Shown: piece after piece, positions 1-8,124 of the stretch
Numbering within the stretch: the first letter of the stretch is position 1
How the letters are laid out: each line of letters opens with the position of its first letter
From: Candidatus Roizmanbacteria bacterium
Lineage (GTDB): Bacteria; Patescibacteriota; Microgenomatia; UBA1406; GWC2-37-13
NCBI GenBank assembly: GCA_016181725.1
Contig: JACOYT010000018.1
Location: 1 to 49,561 of the forward strand
Direction: 5' to 3'
Length of the DNA stretch: 49,561 bases
Translations under genes and position numbers: made by a program
The notes under the pieces: generated by a model
Seen by the model: only the letters and a program-made list of their open reading frames with translations
Database searches by the model: none
What the model was told of the DNA's origin: nothing

Positions 1-1293
1 CTTATCAAGCAGGAGGAAAAACGCCAACAAGAAACCTTGATGCTTATCCCTTCTGAAAATATCGCATCACGCGCAGTTGAGGAAGCAGTTGCATCTATCT
101 TCGGGAACAAATATGCCGAGGGCTATCCATTCAAAAGATACTACCAAGGACAACAATATGTTGACCAACTTGAGACCTTAGTGATCGAGCGAACAAAAAA
201 ATTATTTCGTGTTCCCCATGCAAATGTACAACCCTACTCCGGTTCCCCAGCAAATCTTGCGGTGCTTTTAGCATTGGCAAAGCCAGGCGACAGCATTATG
301 GGTCTTTCGCTTGATTCCGGTGGACATCTTACCCACGGATCAAAGGCATCGTATACCGGAAAACTCTTTCATTCTGTGCAGTACGGTGTAAACAAACAGG
401 GTCTTATTGACTATGATGATGTTTTTAAGCTCGCCAAGAAAGTAAAGCCCAAAGTTATTATTGCCGGCATCACTGCCTATCCTCGTGTACTTGACTGGAA
501 AAAATTCGCCCAAATTGCCGATGAGGTTGAGGCATATCTTATGGCAGACATCGCCCATCTTGCCGGCCTGGTTATAGCAGGTGCCTACCCTTCCCCCGCC
601 CCATTTACCCATGTCGTAACAACAACTACCCATAAGACTCTTCGCGGCCCGCGAGGTGCACTCATCATGGTAACCGAAAGGGGTTTAAAGAAAGATCCTG
701 ATCTTCAAGAAAAAATTGATAAATCAGTCTTTCCCGGTCTTCAAGGCGGGCCCCATGAAAATACCATTGCAGGAATAGGTATTGCGTTAAAAGAGGTATC
801 TCAAAATTCGTTTAGGGTATATGCAAAACAGATCGTAAAAAATGCAAGGGCACTTGCTTCTCAACTTAATTCCTATGGTTTTGATCTGGTGTCGGGCGGA
901 ACCGACAGTCACCTCATTCTCATCAACCTTCAAAACAAGAATCTGCTTGGTAATACCGTTGCTGAAGCATGTGAAGAGGCCGGCATGGTTCTTAATCGAA
1001 ACGCAATCCCAAACGACCCGAATCCGCCTTATTATCCCTCCGGCATCCGGCTGGGGACACCAGGCGTTACCAGTCGTGGTATGAAAGAAAAAGAGATGAA
1101 ACATATTGCACAATGTATTAACGATGTCGTCGTAACCCTGCAGGATATAAAGAAGAAAACAAAAATGACTATGCTCGATGAGCGGAAGAGAGAAAATCGC
1201 ATCAAGATAATAAAACAGGCTAAAACATTACGCAAGGTGCGGCAACGAGTATTACAGTTATGTACGAAGTTCCCGATTAAAAAATATTATTAA
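1..1293 (+). CDS. glyA: serine hydroxymethyltransferase (5' end runs off the window)
   Basis: Frame 1 is open from nt 1 (LIKQEEKRQQETLMLIPSENI...). SHMT hallmarks are present: LIPSEN, GGHLTHG, and the TTTTHKTLRGPRG PLP-lysine region. Confidence 0.95.
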   Translation, partial: LIKQEEKRQQETLMLIPSENIASRAVEEAVASIFGNKYAEGYPFKRYYQGQQYVDQLETLVIERTKKLFRVPHANVQPYSGSPANLAVLLALAKPGDSIMGLSLDSGGHLTHGSKASYTGKLFHSVQYGVNKQGLIDYDDVFKLAKKVKPKVIIAGITAYPRVLDWKKFAQIADEVEAYLMADIAHLAGLVIAGAYPSPAPFTHVVTTTTHKTLRGPRGALIMVTERGLKKDPDLQEKIDKSVFPGLQGGPHENTIAGIGIALKEVSQNSFRVYAKQIVKNARALASQLNSYGFDLVSGGTDSHLILINLQNKNLLGNTVAEACEEAGMVLNRNAIPNDPNPPYYPSGIRLGTPGVTSRGMKEKEMKHIAQCINDVVVTLQDIKKKTKMTMLDERKRENRIKIIKQAKTLRKVRQRVLQLCTKFPIKKYY

Positions 1294-1299
1294 ACACGT

Positions 1300-1605
1300 A
1301 TGATTTTTGCATTGCTGTCTGCCAATTTTATCATGGTGTTGGCTTTGCTTTTTAAAATCGGAAGCCTCCCGCCTGTGATTCCCCTCTTTTATTCAAGATC
1401 TCCTGGCGAGTTTCAGCTTGCTGACTGGTGGCTTATCCTCCTTCTGCCCATTCTTATGAACGGGTTGTTTGTCGTAAATACTATTCTTTCCCGAAAATTT
1501 TTCTCTGAAGACGAGTTTATCCCTATCTTTCTTTACTATTTCAAATTTTTTATTATTATCTCGTTCACCCTGATCTATTTAAAAATTATCTTTTTGATCT
1601 CATAA
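1300..1605 (+). CDS. hypothetical small integral membrane protein
   Basis: 101 aa ORF with 3 hydrophobic segments. It is tightly packed between glyA and the next gene, whose ATG follows directly after this ORF's stop. No family recognised. Confidence 0.5.
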   Translation: MIFALLSANFIMVLALLFKIGSLPPVIPLFYSRSPGEFQLADWWLILLLPILMNGLFVVNTILSRKFFSEDEFIPIFLYYFKFFIIISFTLIYLKIIFLIS

Positions 1606-2691
1606 ATGGTTCATCCTTTTTGGGCATTCTCTTTGGCGTTCTTCTTCTCGCTCATATTTACTTACCCAACCATATTTGTTGCGAAAGGTTTAGATGTCGT
1701 AACAGACAGGAGAAGACGTACCCACCCTGCACATACCCATAAGGGCGTCGTCCCGCGCGGCGGCGGCTTGCCATTATTCCTTTCATTTTTTCTTGCCACG
1801 CTACTTGCAGTTACTTTAAACAAAATTGTGTTTGGGATCGTCCTTGCCAGTTTTATATTGGTTGTTGTCGGTTTGCTTGACGATTATTTTGACCTCTCAC
1901 CCTACGTGAGATTCTTTGTGAATATTGCGGTTTCTGTCTTGGTCATAAGCTTCGGACTTGGTATTCCCTTTATCTCAAATCCTTTTGGGGAGCCGATACG
2001 TCTTGATCAATGGAGAGTAACTTTTGAGATTTTTGGGGGAAAACACAGCTTCCTTATCGTAAGTAACCTCCTTGCTATTGTTTGGCTTACGTGGACTACA
2101 AACATGGTGAACTGGAGCAAGGGGGTGGATGGTCAGCTTCCCGGATTTGTTGGTATCGCCGCAATTTTTTTGGGTCTTCTATCACAGCGATTCACCATCC
2201 ACGATATCTCTGCCCAAACCGTGATGCTTCTTTCTTTTATTATCGCAGGATCCTTCCTTGGATTTCTTCCCTTCAACATGTATCCGCAGAAGATTATGCC
2301 TGGTTACGGCGGAGGCGGACTAGCAGGATTTTGGCTGGGAATCTTGTCGATTCTTTCTTTTGGAAAAATCGGTACCGCAGTACTTATCTTGTCGGTCCCG
2401 ATGATCGATGCTTCATACACCGTACTTCGGCGGATTAAAAACCGCCAATCTCCATTTCGTGCCGATTGGGGTCACTTCCATCATCGACTTTTGGAGATTG
2501 GATGGGGAAGAAGAAGGATTGCTGTTTTCTATTGGGTGATAACCTTTGTTTTTGGGATTGCCAGTCTCTTTTTGAAGGGGATTGAAAAACTTGTTGCATT
2601 TTTGTCGGTTGGAATTGTTCTTATCGCATTTATCATGATAATTAATCAGATAAAAGTTGTTCACCATGGTAAAATAAGAAGGTCCATTTGA
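1606..2691 (+). CDS. glycosyltransferase family 4 (MraY/WecA-like polyprenyl-phosphate HexNAc-1-phosphate transferase)
   Basis: Polytopic membrane protein of 361 aa. It has an LLDDYFDL Asp-Asp motif, an NMVNWSKGVDGQLPG motif resembling NxxNxxDGxDGL, and PRGGG. Confidence 0.8.
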   Translation: MVHPFWAFSLAFFFSLIFTYPTIFVAKGLDVVTDRRRRTHPAHTHKGVVPRGGGLPLFLSFFLATLLAVTLNKIVFGIVLASFILVVVGLLDDYFDLSPYVRFFVNIAVSVLVISFGLGIPFISNPFGEPIRLDQWRVTFEIFGGKHSFLIVSNLLAIVWLTWTTNMVNWSKGVDGQLPGFVGIAAIFLGLLSQRFTIHDISAQTVMLLSFIIAGSFLGFLPFNMYPQKIMPGYGGGGLAGFWLGILSILSFGKIGTAVLILSVPMIDASYTVLRRIKNRQSPFRADWGHFHHRLLEIGWGRRRIAVFYWVITFVFGIASLFLKGIEKLVAFLSVGIVLIAFIMIINQIKVVHHGKIRRSI

Positions 2692-2698
2692 AGGGCAA

Positions 2699-2869
2699 GG
2701 GATTCAAAGAGTGAAAATCCAAACGAATAATGCCAGAAAGCGAAGATATCGATTTTTTGCGACTTGAGAGGTGCGCAGTCCGATGTAACATCGGACGAGC
2801 ACGCTCACGGAGCTAAAAAATTGCGTATCGAGCTTTCTGTATTTGCGAGAAGACGCGCTCGAGAATCCC
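2699..2869 (+). ncRNA. candidate structured RNA (nested long-range stems, unknown class)
   Basis: Nested complementary segments: 2699-2705 gggattc with 2863-2869 gaatccc; 2734-2741 cagaaagc with 2832-2839 gctttctg; 2750-2758 with 2815-2823 (T6/A6 plus one G-U); gtgc 2771-2774 with gcac 2799-2802. The apical hairpin is 8 bp perfect, 2778-2785 with 2789-2796. The G-U pair only works on the + strand. Confidence 0.35.
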
Positions 2870-2890
2870 AACTAAAGCTTGGAACAACTT

Positions 2891-4111
2891 ATGAAGTACT
2901 TCATAAAAACTTTCGGGTGCCAGCAAAATCATGCTGATTCCGAACGTGTTGCTTCGGGCTTTAAAGCGCGAGGTTTTTCAGAAGCGAAAAACTACAACGA
3001 TGCCAACTATATTGTCATAAATACCTGCATGATTCGCCAGTCCGCAGAAGATCGTGTATACGGACTGGTGAGAAATCTTGGAGTGATAAAAAAACAAAAA
3101 GAAAAGCGCAAGGAATTCTTGAAGATTATCGTAACCGGCTGCATGGTTGGTATGGCATTTCGCGATAAAAGCGGTCAATATCTTCAAAAGATAAGAGGCC
3201 GGATGCCGGAGGTGGATGAATTCTTACCGATTGAGGAGGTTGGATTCGATAATCAACCGGTGAGACAAGACGATACCCATGCATGGGTGCCGGTCTCAAA
3301 CGGCTGCAACAATTTTTGTACGTTTTGCGTTGTCCCTTTTACCCGTGGACGCGAAATCTCAAGGCCCTTCCATGATATCTTGAGCGAGTGCCTGGATCTT
3401 AGAAAAAGAGGGTATCGAATGGTAACCCTCCTTGGGCAAAATGTAAACTCGTACGGCGCAGATCTTCTCTTGGGTGATAAAAATATCCAAACCATCCGAG
3501 ATCTAGAGAAAACTTACTTCATAAAAAAAGAGTTAGCGCATCCTCGGGTAAAAATTGAGTTTAAACTAAATGGAAAATCTATCGAGCCTGTGTATGTTAA
3601 ACATCTTGGGCGCTATCGAATCCCAACGCTTTTCCCCTATCTTTTGGAGGCGGTAGCCAAGATGGGTTTTCGATCGGTAAACTTTATTTCATCAAACCCT
3701 TGGGACTTCTCTGATGAGCTTATCGATACAATTGCCCGATACAAAAATATCACGCGAACCATCCACCTTCCCGTTCAATCAGGCGATGATAAAGTTCTGA
3801 AACGGATGAACCGCTGGTACACGGCAGAGCAATATCTTGCTCTGATCTCAAAACTCAAAAGTCAAATCTCAAAAGTAAACTTCACAACAGACATCATTGT
3901 GGGCTTTTGTGGAGAGACAAAGATGCAGTTTGAAAATACTTTAGAGCTTGCAAAGAAAGTAGGTTTTGAGAAAGCCTACATATCAATGTACTCTCAAAGA
4001 CCAATGACCGCCGCAACAAAAGCCCTCCAAGATGATGTTCCTCACACGGTAAAGAAAAAAAGATGGCAAATCTTGGAGGAACTCATCAATCGATCATCAA
4101 AGAAGAATTAA
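2891..4111 (+). CDS. miaB: radical-SAM methylthiotransferase, MiaB family, apparently lacking a C-terminal TRAM domain
   Basis: N-terminal FIKTFGCQQNHADSE and the radical-SAM cluster motif CNNFCTFCVVP. I prefer ATG 2891 (MKYF...) over the ORF-track TTG at 2879. Confidence 0.85.
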   Translation: MKYFIKTFGCQQNHADSERVASGFKARGFSEAKNYNDANYIVINTCMIRQSAEDRVYGLVRNLGVIKKQKEKRKEFLKIIVTGCMVGMAFRDKSGQYLQKIRGRMPEVDEFLPIEEVGFDNQPVRQDDTHAWVPVSNGCNNFCTFCVVPFTRGREISRPFHDILSECLDLRKRGYRMVTLLGQNVNSYGADLLLGDKNIQTIRDLEKTYFIKKELAHPRVKIEFKLNGKSIEPVYVKHLGRYRIPTLFPYLLEAVAKMGFRSVNFISSNPWDFSDELIDTIARYKNITRTIHLPVQSGDDKVLKRMNRWYTAEQYLALISKLKSQISKVNFTTDIIVGFCGETKMQFENTLELAKKVGFEKAYISMYSQRPMTAATKALQDDVPHTVKKKRWQILEELINRSSKKN

Positions 4112-4123
4112 GAAGAACGGTCT

Positions 4124-4147
4124 GTACAATGAATTGATTCATTGTAC
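4124..4147. terminator. perfect 10 bp hairpin between convergent genes (possible bidirectional terminator)
   Basis: gtacaatgaa-ttga-ttcattgtac lies between the miaB stop (4111) and the stop of the minus-strand gene (4168). There is no clear U-tract. Confidence 0.4.
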
Positions 4148-4167
4148 CATATGGGGTGTTTATCAAC

Positions 4168-4452
4168 CTAACCTTCTCCTCGATTCTCCTTTTTCATCCT
4201 TTCACGAATGTTATTCGCTAATTTAATGAGATGTCGGACATCTTTACCCTTCCGTAATCCAAATTCAAAACCGACCGCCGCAACAAATATGGTAACTCCC
4301 CCAACGGTCGGAACCATCCATCCCTTTCGCTTACCTGCTTCAACGTCTTTGCCAAATTCGCTAAACCACTGGGCAATTTTTTTAGTTTTTTTATCTGCTG
4401 ACTTCTCGTCTGCAAGCATTGCAGCAAACTCTCTTTCCTTTTCTGGATTCAT
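4168..4452 (-). CDS. hypothetical single-pass membrane protein
   Basis: I prefer the internal ATG at 4452 because aaggag lies about 6 nt upstream on the minus strand. 94 aa with one TM segment (VPTVGGVTIFVAAVGFEFG). Confidence 0.55.
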   Translation of the reverse strand: MNPEKEREFAAMLADEKSADKKTKKIAQWFSEFGKDVEAGKRKGWMVPTVGGVTIFVAAVGFEFGLRKGKDVRHLIKLANNIRERMKKENRGEG

Positions 4453-4586
4453 AAAATCTCCTTTGCTATCAAAGTCTCTCGGTTGTAATCCAAAGGGAAC
4501 ATGGACCGAACCTACGGGAGCATCTGCTTCCTGGGAATAAGAATTTTCACGCTCATGCCGTCCCATGCGTCTATGATACCAAACTG

Positions 4587-4595
4587 TGCTACAAT
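4587..4595 (+). promoter_or_regulatory. extended -10 box (TGcTACAAT) placed for a leaderless rfbB transcript
   Basis: The hexamer tacaat is at 4590-4595. Exactly 6 nt separate it from ATG 4602, and there is no Shine-Dalgarno. Confidence 0.5.
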
Positions 4596-4601
4596 TTCAC
4601 T

Positions 4602-5615
4602 ATGAAGCTTCTGGTTACCGGGGGGGCTGGATTTATTGGGTCAAACTTTATTCTCTATTGGGTAAAAAACCAACCGAACGATCAGGTCGTAAATCTCGAT
4701 CTTCTCACATACGCGGGTAATCTTGAGAGCCTTTCATCCGTCAAAGGAAATCCAAACTACACTTTTGTCAAAGGCGATATTTGCGATGTGAAGCTTGTTA
4801 ATCAAGTTATGGAAGATATCGATACTGTCGTTCACTTCGCTGCCGAATCTCATGTTGACCGCTCTATCATGGATCCGGCTCCTTTCATAAAGACAAATAT
4901 AGACGGCACCTATGTGCTTCTACAGGCAGCGCTTAAAAATAATGTCAAACGCTTCCATCACGTCTCAACCGACGAGGTGTTTGGGGCGCTCAACCTTGAG
5001 TCAAAAGAAAAGTTTCATGAAAAAACACCCTATGATCCAAGAAGCCCCTATGCCGCCTCAAAAGCAGCTTCCGATCACTTAGTTCGCGCATTTCACACAA
5101 CGTACAATTTGCCTATTACCATCTCAAATTGCTCAAATAATTTCGGTCCCTATCAGTTTCCTGAAAAATTAATTGCCCTTGCAATAACGAATCTCATCGA
5201 GGGAAAAAAAGTTCCGGTTTACGGAGATGGCTTGCATGTGAGAGACTGGCTGTATGTTGATGATCACTGTGAGGCAATCGATCTTATTCTTCAAAAAGGG
5301 AAAGTCGGCGAGACATATCTCTGTGGTGGATTAACTGAGGATATCCCAAATATCGAGGTCGCCAAAAAGATCATCCGTATTATGGGGAAAGATGAAAGTA
5401 TGATCGAATTTGTAAAAGATCGTCCCGGGCATGACCGTCGCTATGCAATCGATTGGGGCAAGATTCATCGGGAACTTGGCTGGACTCCAAAACATGATTT
5501 CGACGAGGCGCTGAAGAAAACCATTGCGTGGTACAAAGCGAACGAATCATGGTGGAAACATGTAAAGTCAGGAGAATACAAGAGCTACTACGAACAGCAA
5601 TATAGTCATCGTTAA
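4602..5615 (+). CDS. rfbB: dTDP-glucose 4,6-dehydratase
   Basis: LVTGGAGFIGSNF Rossmann motif, YAASKAASDHLVRA (YxxxK), and DRPGHDRRYAID near the C-terminus. Length 337 aa. Confidence 0.95.
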   Translation: MKLLVTGGAGFIGSNFILYWVKNQPNDQVVNLDLLTYAGNLESLSSVKGNPNYTFVKGDICDVKLVNQVMEDIDTVVHFAAESHVDRSIMDPAPFIKTNIDGTYVLLQAALKNNVKRFHHVSTDEVFGALNLESKEKFHEKTPYDPRSPYAASKAASDHLVRAFHTTYNLPITISNCSNNFGPYQFPEKLIALAITNLIEGKKVPVYGDGLHVRDWLYVDDHCEAIDLILQKGKVGETYLCGGLTEDIPNIEVAKKIIRIMGKDESMIEFVKDRPGHDRRYAIDWGKIHRELGWTPKHDFDEALKKTIAWYKANESWWKHVKSGEYKSYYEQQYSHR

Positions 5616-5635
5616 ATCCGAAGCACGAAAACATG

Positions 5636-5898
5636 GGGGTAAGGGTTAAGGTGAGGAAGCCGGTTTGGGTTAGGAAGTTGGGTTAGGTGTCATTCCCAAC
5701 TTGTCCCAGTACCAGATCGAAGATCGGTACGGGACTACCCCGCACCGTACTTTGTTCTGGTTCAGGGTGATTGGGAATCCAGAAGTTCTGGATCCCCGCT
5801 GGAGTTTACCCCGTACACTGATACGGGGCGGGGATGACATATGGAATCCCAACCTCCTTACCTAATTTCCATACTGGCTTCTTAACCTTTACCCTAAC
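5636..5898 (+). other. rod-like inverted-repeat element (structured RNA or MITE-like insertion) between rfbB and rfbD
   Basis: The arms at 5637-5697 and 5831-5894 pair imperfectly over roughly 45 bp. Examples are 5637-5650 with 5881-5894 (14 bp) and 5688-5693 with 5834-5839. Three G-U pairs are only compatible with the + strand. The core holds strong hairpins at 5703-5735 and 5809-5828. Confidence 0.4.
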
Positions 5899-5936
5899 CG
5901 AATTTCCCGGAATATTAGGATTTCGGATTTCAGCCT

Positions 5937-6782
5937 ATGCTTAAAATAGCTATCTCTGGTTCAACTGGGCTTGTGGGCTCGCGCGTCGTTGAGCTTCTCA
6001 AAGATGATTTTGAGTTCATCCCGCTTCTTCAAGATGCCGTTGACATAACAAGCAAAGACCAAGTCTCCGCGTTCATCCAAAACACAGAGTTTGATATTTT
6101 TCTCCATCTTGCCGCCTATACCAAGGTAAACCGTGCGGAAGAAGAGCGAGACCTCGCCTATAAAATCAACGCGACAGGAACTAGTAATCTCTTTGAAGCT
6201 GTCCAGCGGAAAAAAAAGAAATTTATATACATCTCGACAGATTATGCATTTAATCTAAAAAGCAAAGACGATGTTGCCTACGAAGAAAGCCAGCCTAACC
6301 CAGTCGGCGCGTATGGCAGCAGCAAGTATGAAGGTGAAAAAGTAGTCCGAGGTTATGGAATGATCGTGCGACTCTCCTATCCCTATCGGGCATCATTCAA
6401 ACCGAAAGAAGATTTTGTTCGAAAGATCAAATCGCTTCTTGAGGGCGGAGCGTCCCTCACGATGATTCATGATTCCACCATGACTCCGACATTTATTGAT
6501 GATTTCGCAAAAGCCCTTGCGCACCTTCTTCAAAATTTTACTGCCGAGGTTTTTCATCTGGTCGGAGCAGACAGCATGTCGCCTTTTGATACAGGATTAC
6601 ATATTGCACAAGTCTTTAAACTCGATCGAGACCTCATAACTCCAGTAAGTTTTAGTGATTACTATAAGGACCTTGCAGAAAAACGCCCGCAATATACTGC
6701 TATAGGAAGCAGGAAAAATAACTTTCACAAAATGCGGACTCTTGAGGAGGGACTTTGGGAGATTGCAAAACAGCTCAAATAA
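5937..6782 (+). CDS. rfbD: dTDP-4-dehydrorhamnose reductase (RmlD family)
   Basis: IAISGSTGLVGSRV Rossmann motif and YGSSKYEGE (YxxxK). Length 281 aa, sitting in a nucleotide-sugar context. Confidence 0.85.
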   Translation: MLKIAISGSTGLVGSRVVELLKDDFEFIPLLQDAVDITSKDQVSAFIQNTEFDIFLHLAAYTKVNRAEEERDLAYKINATGTSNLFEAVQRKKKKFIYISTDYAFNLKSKDDVAYEESQPNPVGAYGSSKYEGEKVVRGYGMIVRLSYPYRASFKPKEDFVRKIKSLLEGGASLTMIHDSTMTPTFIDDFAKALAHLLQNFTAEVFHLVGADSMSPFDTGLHIAQVFKLDRDLITPVSFSDYYKDLAEKRPQYTAIGSRKNNFHKMRTLEEGLWEIAKQLK

Positions 6783-6829
6783 ACACTCTTGCTTGTTTTT
6801 TGGGGGGCTTTAGGATATGATTTATCTTT

Positions 6830-8122
6830 ATGACGATTGCCTTTGTCGGACATGGATATGTTGGCCTTGTGACAGCCTGCGTATTTGCTGATTTCGGCAA
6901 TAAAGTGTGGGTTATCGGTCACACAAAAGAAAAGATTGAAAGACTAAAAGCAGGAGATCCTATTATTTACGAGCCGGGATTAAAGGAACTTCTTCAAAAA
7001 AATCTTAAAGCAAAGCGCCTTATTTTTACACTTGAATACGACAAAGCAATTCCGGAATCGGATATTGTTTTTATTGCAGTCGGCACTCCACAAAAGAAAA
7101 ACGGGGAAGCAAATCTTGATGCGGTATTTGAGGTCGCAAAACAGATTGGAAAACATATAAAAAATGACGGATTTACCGTTGTTTCGATAAAAAGTACTGT
7201 GCCGGTTGGAACAAACAAAAAAATCGAAAAAATAATAATCGCCAATAAGCCGAGAAACGCTCACGTTGCGATCGCTTCATGTCCTGAATTTTTACGTGAA
7301 GGAACAGCGCTCTACGACACTCTTAATCCCGATAGAATAATTATCGGCTCCGACTCAAAGCGTACCGTAGAAATGCTCCTTGAACTACACAAACCGATAA
7401 ACGGAAAACGTGTTCTTACCAATCTTGCTTCAGCCGAGCTCATAAAATACGCCTCAAACGCCATGCTTGCGACAAAAATTTCCTTCGCGAATCTTATCTC
7501 ATATTTTTGCGAGATGACCGGAGCCGATTGCGAGACCGTACTTGAAGCAGTAGGTTTAGACCGTAGGATCGGGCGTATGTTTCTCTATCCCGGTATCGGC
7601 TACGGTGGCTCATGCCTTCCAAAAGACGTTAGGGCGCTCATCCATACGGGAAAAATCTTGAAGCTCGACATCTCACTCCTTGATGCAATCGATGGAATCA
7701 ATCAACAAGCTGCAAAGAATTATCTTGCAAAGGTCGTCAAACATACGAGGGGGAAAAATATTGCGGTCTGGGGACTAAGTTTTAAACCAAACACCGATGA
7801 TATCCGGGAGGCCCCCTCACTGGTAATCTTACATGAGCTTCTTAAAAGAGACTTTCAAATTCGCGTTTATGATCCTGCGGCGCAAGACAATATAAAACGT
7901 GTATTTGCCAATAAACTTCGCTATGCAGACTCTCCCTATGACGCTCTGAAAGGCGTCGATGCAGTATGCGTGCTTACCGAATGGAACGAATTTAAACAGA
8001 TCGATTTAAAAAAAGTAAAAGTCCTCATGAAGCATCCGGTAATATTTGATGGAAGAAACATCTATGATCCTCATATCATGCGAAAACTAGGGTTTGAATA
8101 TTTTGGAGTCGGAAGAAATTAA
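6830..8122 (+). CDS. ugd: UDP-glucose 6-dehydrogenase
   Basis: FVGHGYVGLVTA N-terminus, GGSCLPKD catalytic Cys motif, FKPNTDDIREAP. Length 430 aa. Confidence 0.92.
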   Translation: MTIAFVGHGYVGLVTACVFADFGNKVWVIGHTKEKIERLKAGDPIIYEPGLKELLQKNLKAKRLIFTLEYDKAIPESDIVFIAVGTPQKKNGEANLDAVFEVAKQIGKHIKNDGFTVVSIKSTVPVGTNKKIEKIIIANKPRNAHVAIASCPEFLREGTALYDTLNPDRIIIGSDSKRTVEMLLELHKPINGKRVLTNLASAELIKYASNAMLATKISFANLISYFCEMTGADCETVLEAVGLDRRIGRMFLYPGIGYGGSCLPKDVRALIHTGKILKLDISLLDAIDGINQQAAKNYLAKVVKHTRGKNIAVWGLSFKPNTDDIREAPSLVILHELLKRDFQIRVYDPAAQDNIKRVFANKLRYADSPYDALKGVDAVCVLTEWNEFKQIDLKKVKVLMKHPVIFDGRNIYDPHIMRKLGFEYFGVGRN

Positions 8123-8124
8123 TT

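Noticed and set aside
2082-2438. A same-strand alternative-frame ORF (118 aa) inside the GT4 transferase gene, and similar internal ORFs at 842-1084, 8294-8593, 10011-10238 and 13157-13357.
   Set aside because: They overlap frames with clear family motifs, and they lack start-site signals and recognisable sequence features.
5635-5682. A G-quadruplex potential in the left arm of the 5636-5898 element, with four G-tracts: ggggg, ggg, ggg, ggg.
   Set aside because: The loops would be 3, 21 and 10 nt, which are long and irregular. The same Gs are already accounted for by duplex pairing with the right arm.
5670-5852. A 60 aa minus-strand ORF inside the rfbB-rfbD spacer.
   Set aside because: Its composition is not protein-like (RGS/PW-rich). 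It lies inside the inverted-repeat element, whose G-U pairing favours + strand RNA, and it has no SD or -10 box. I treated it as a by-product of the structured element.
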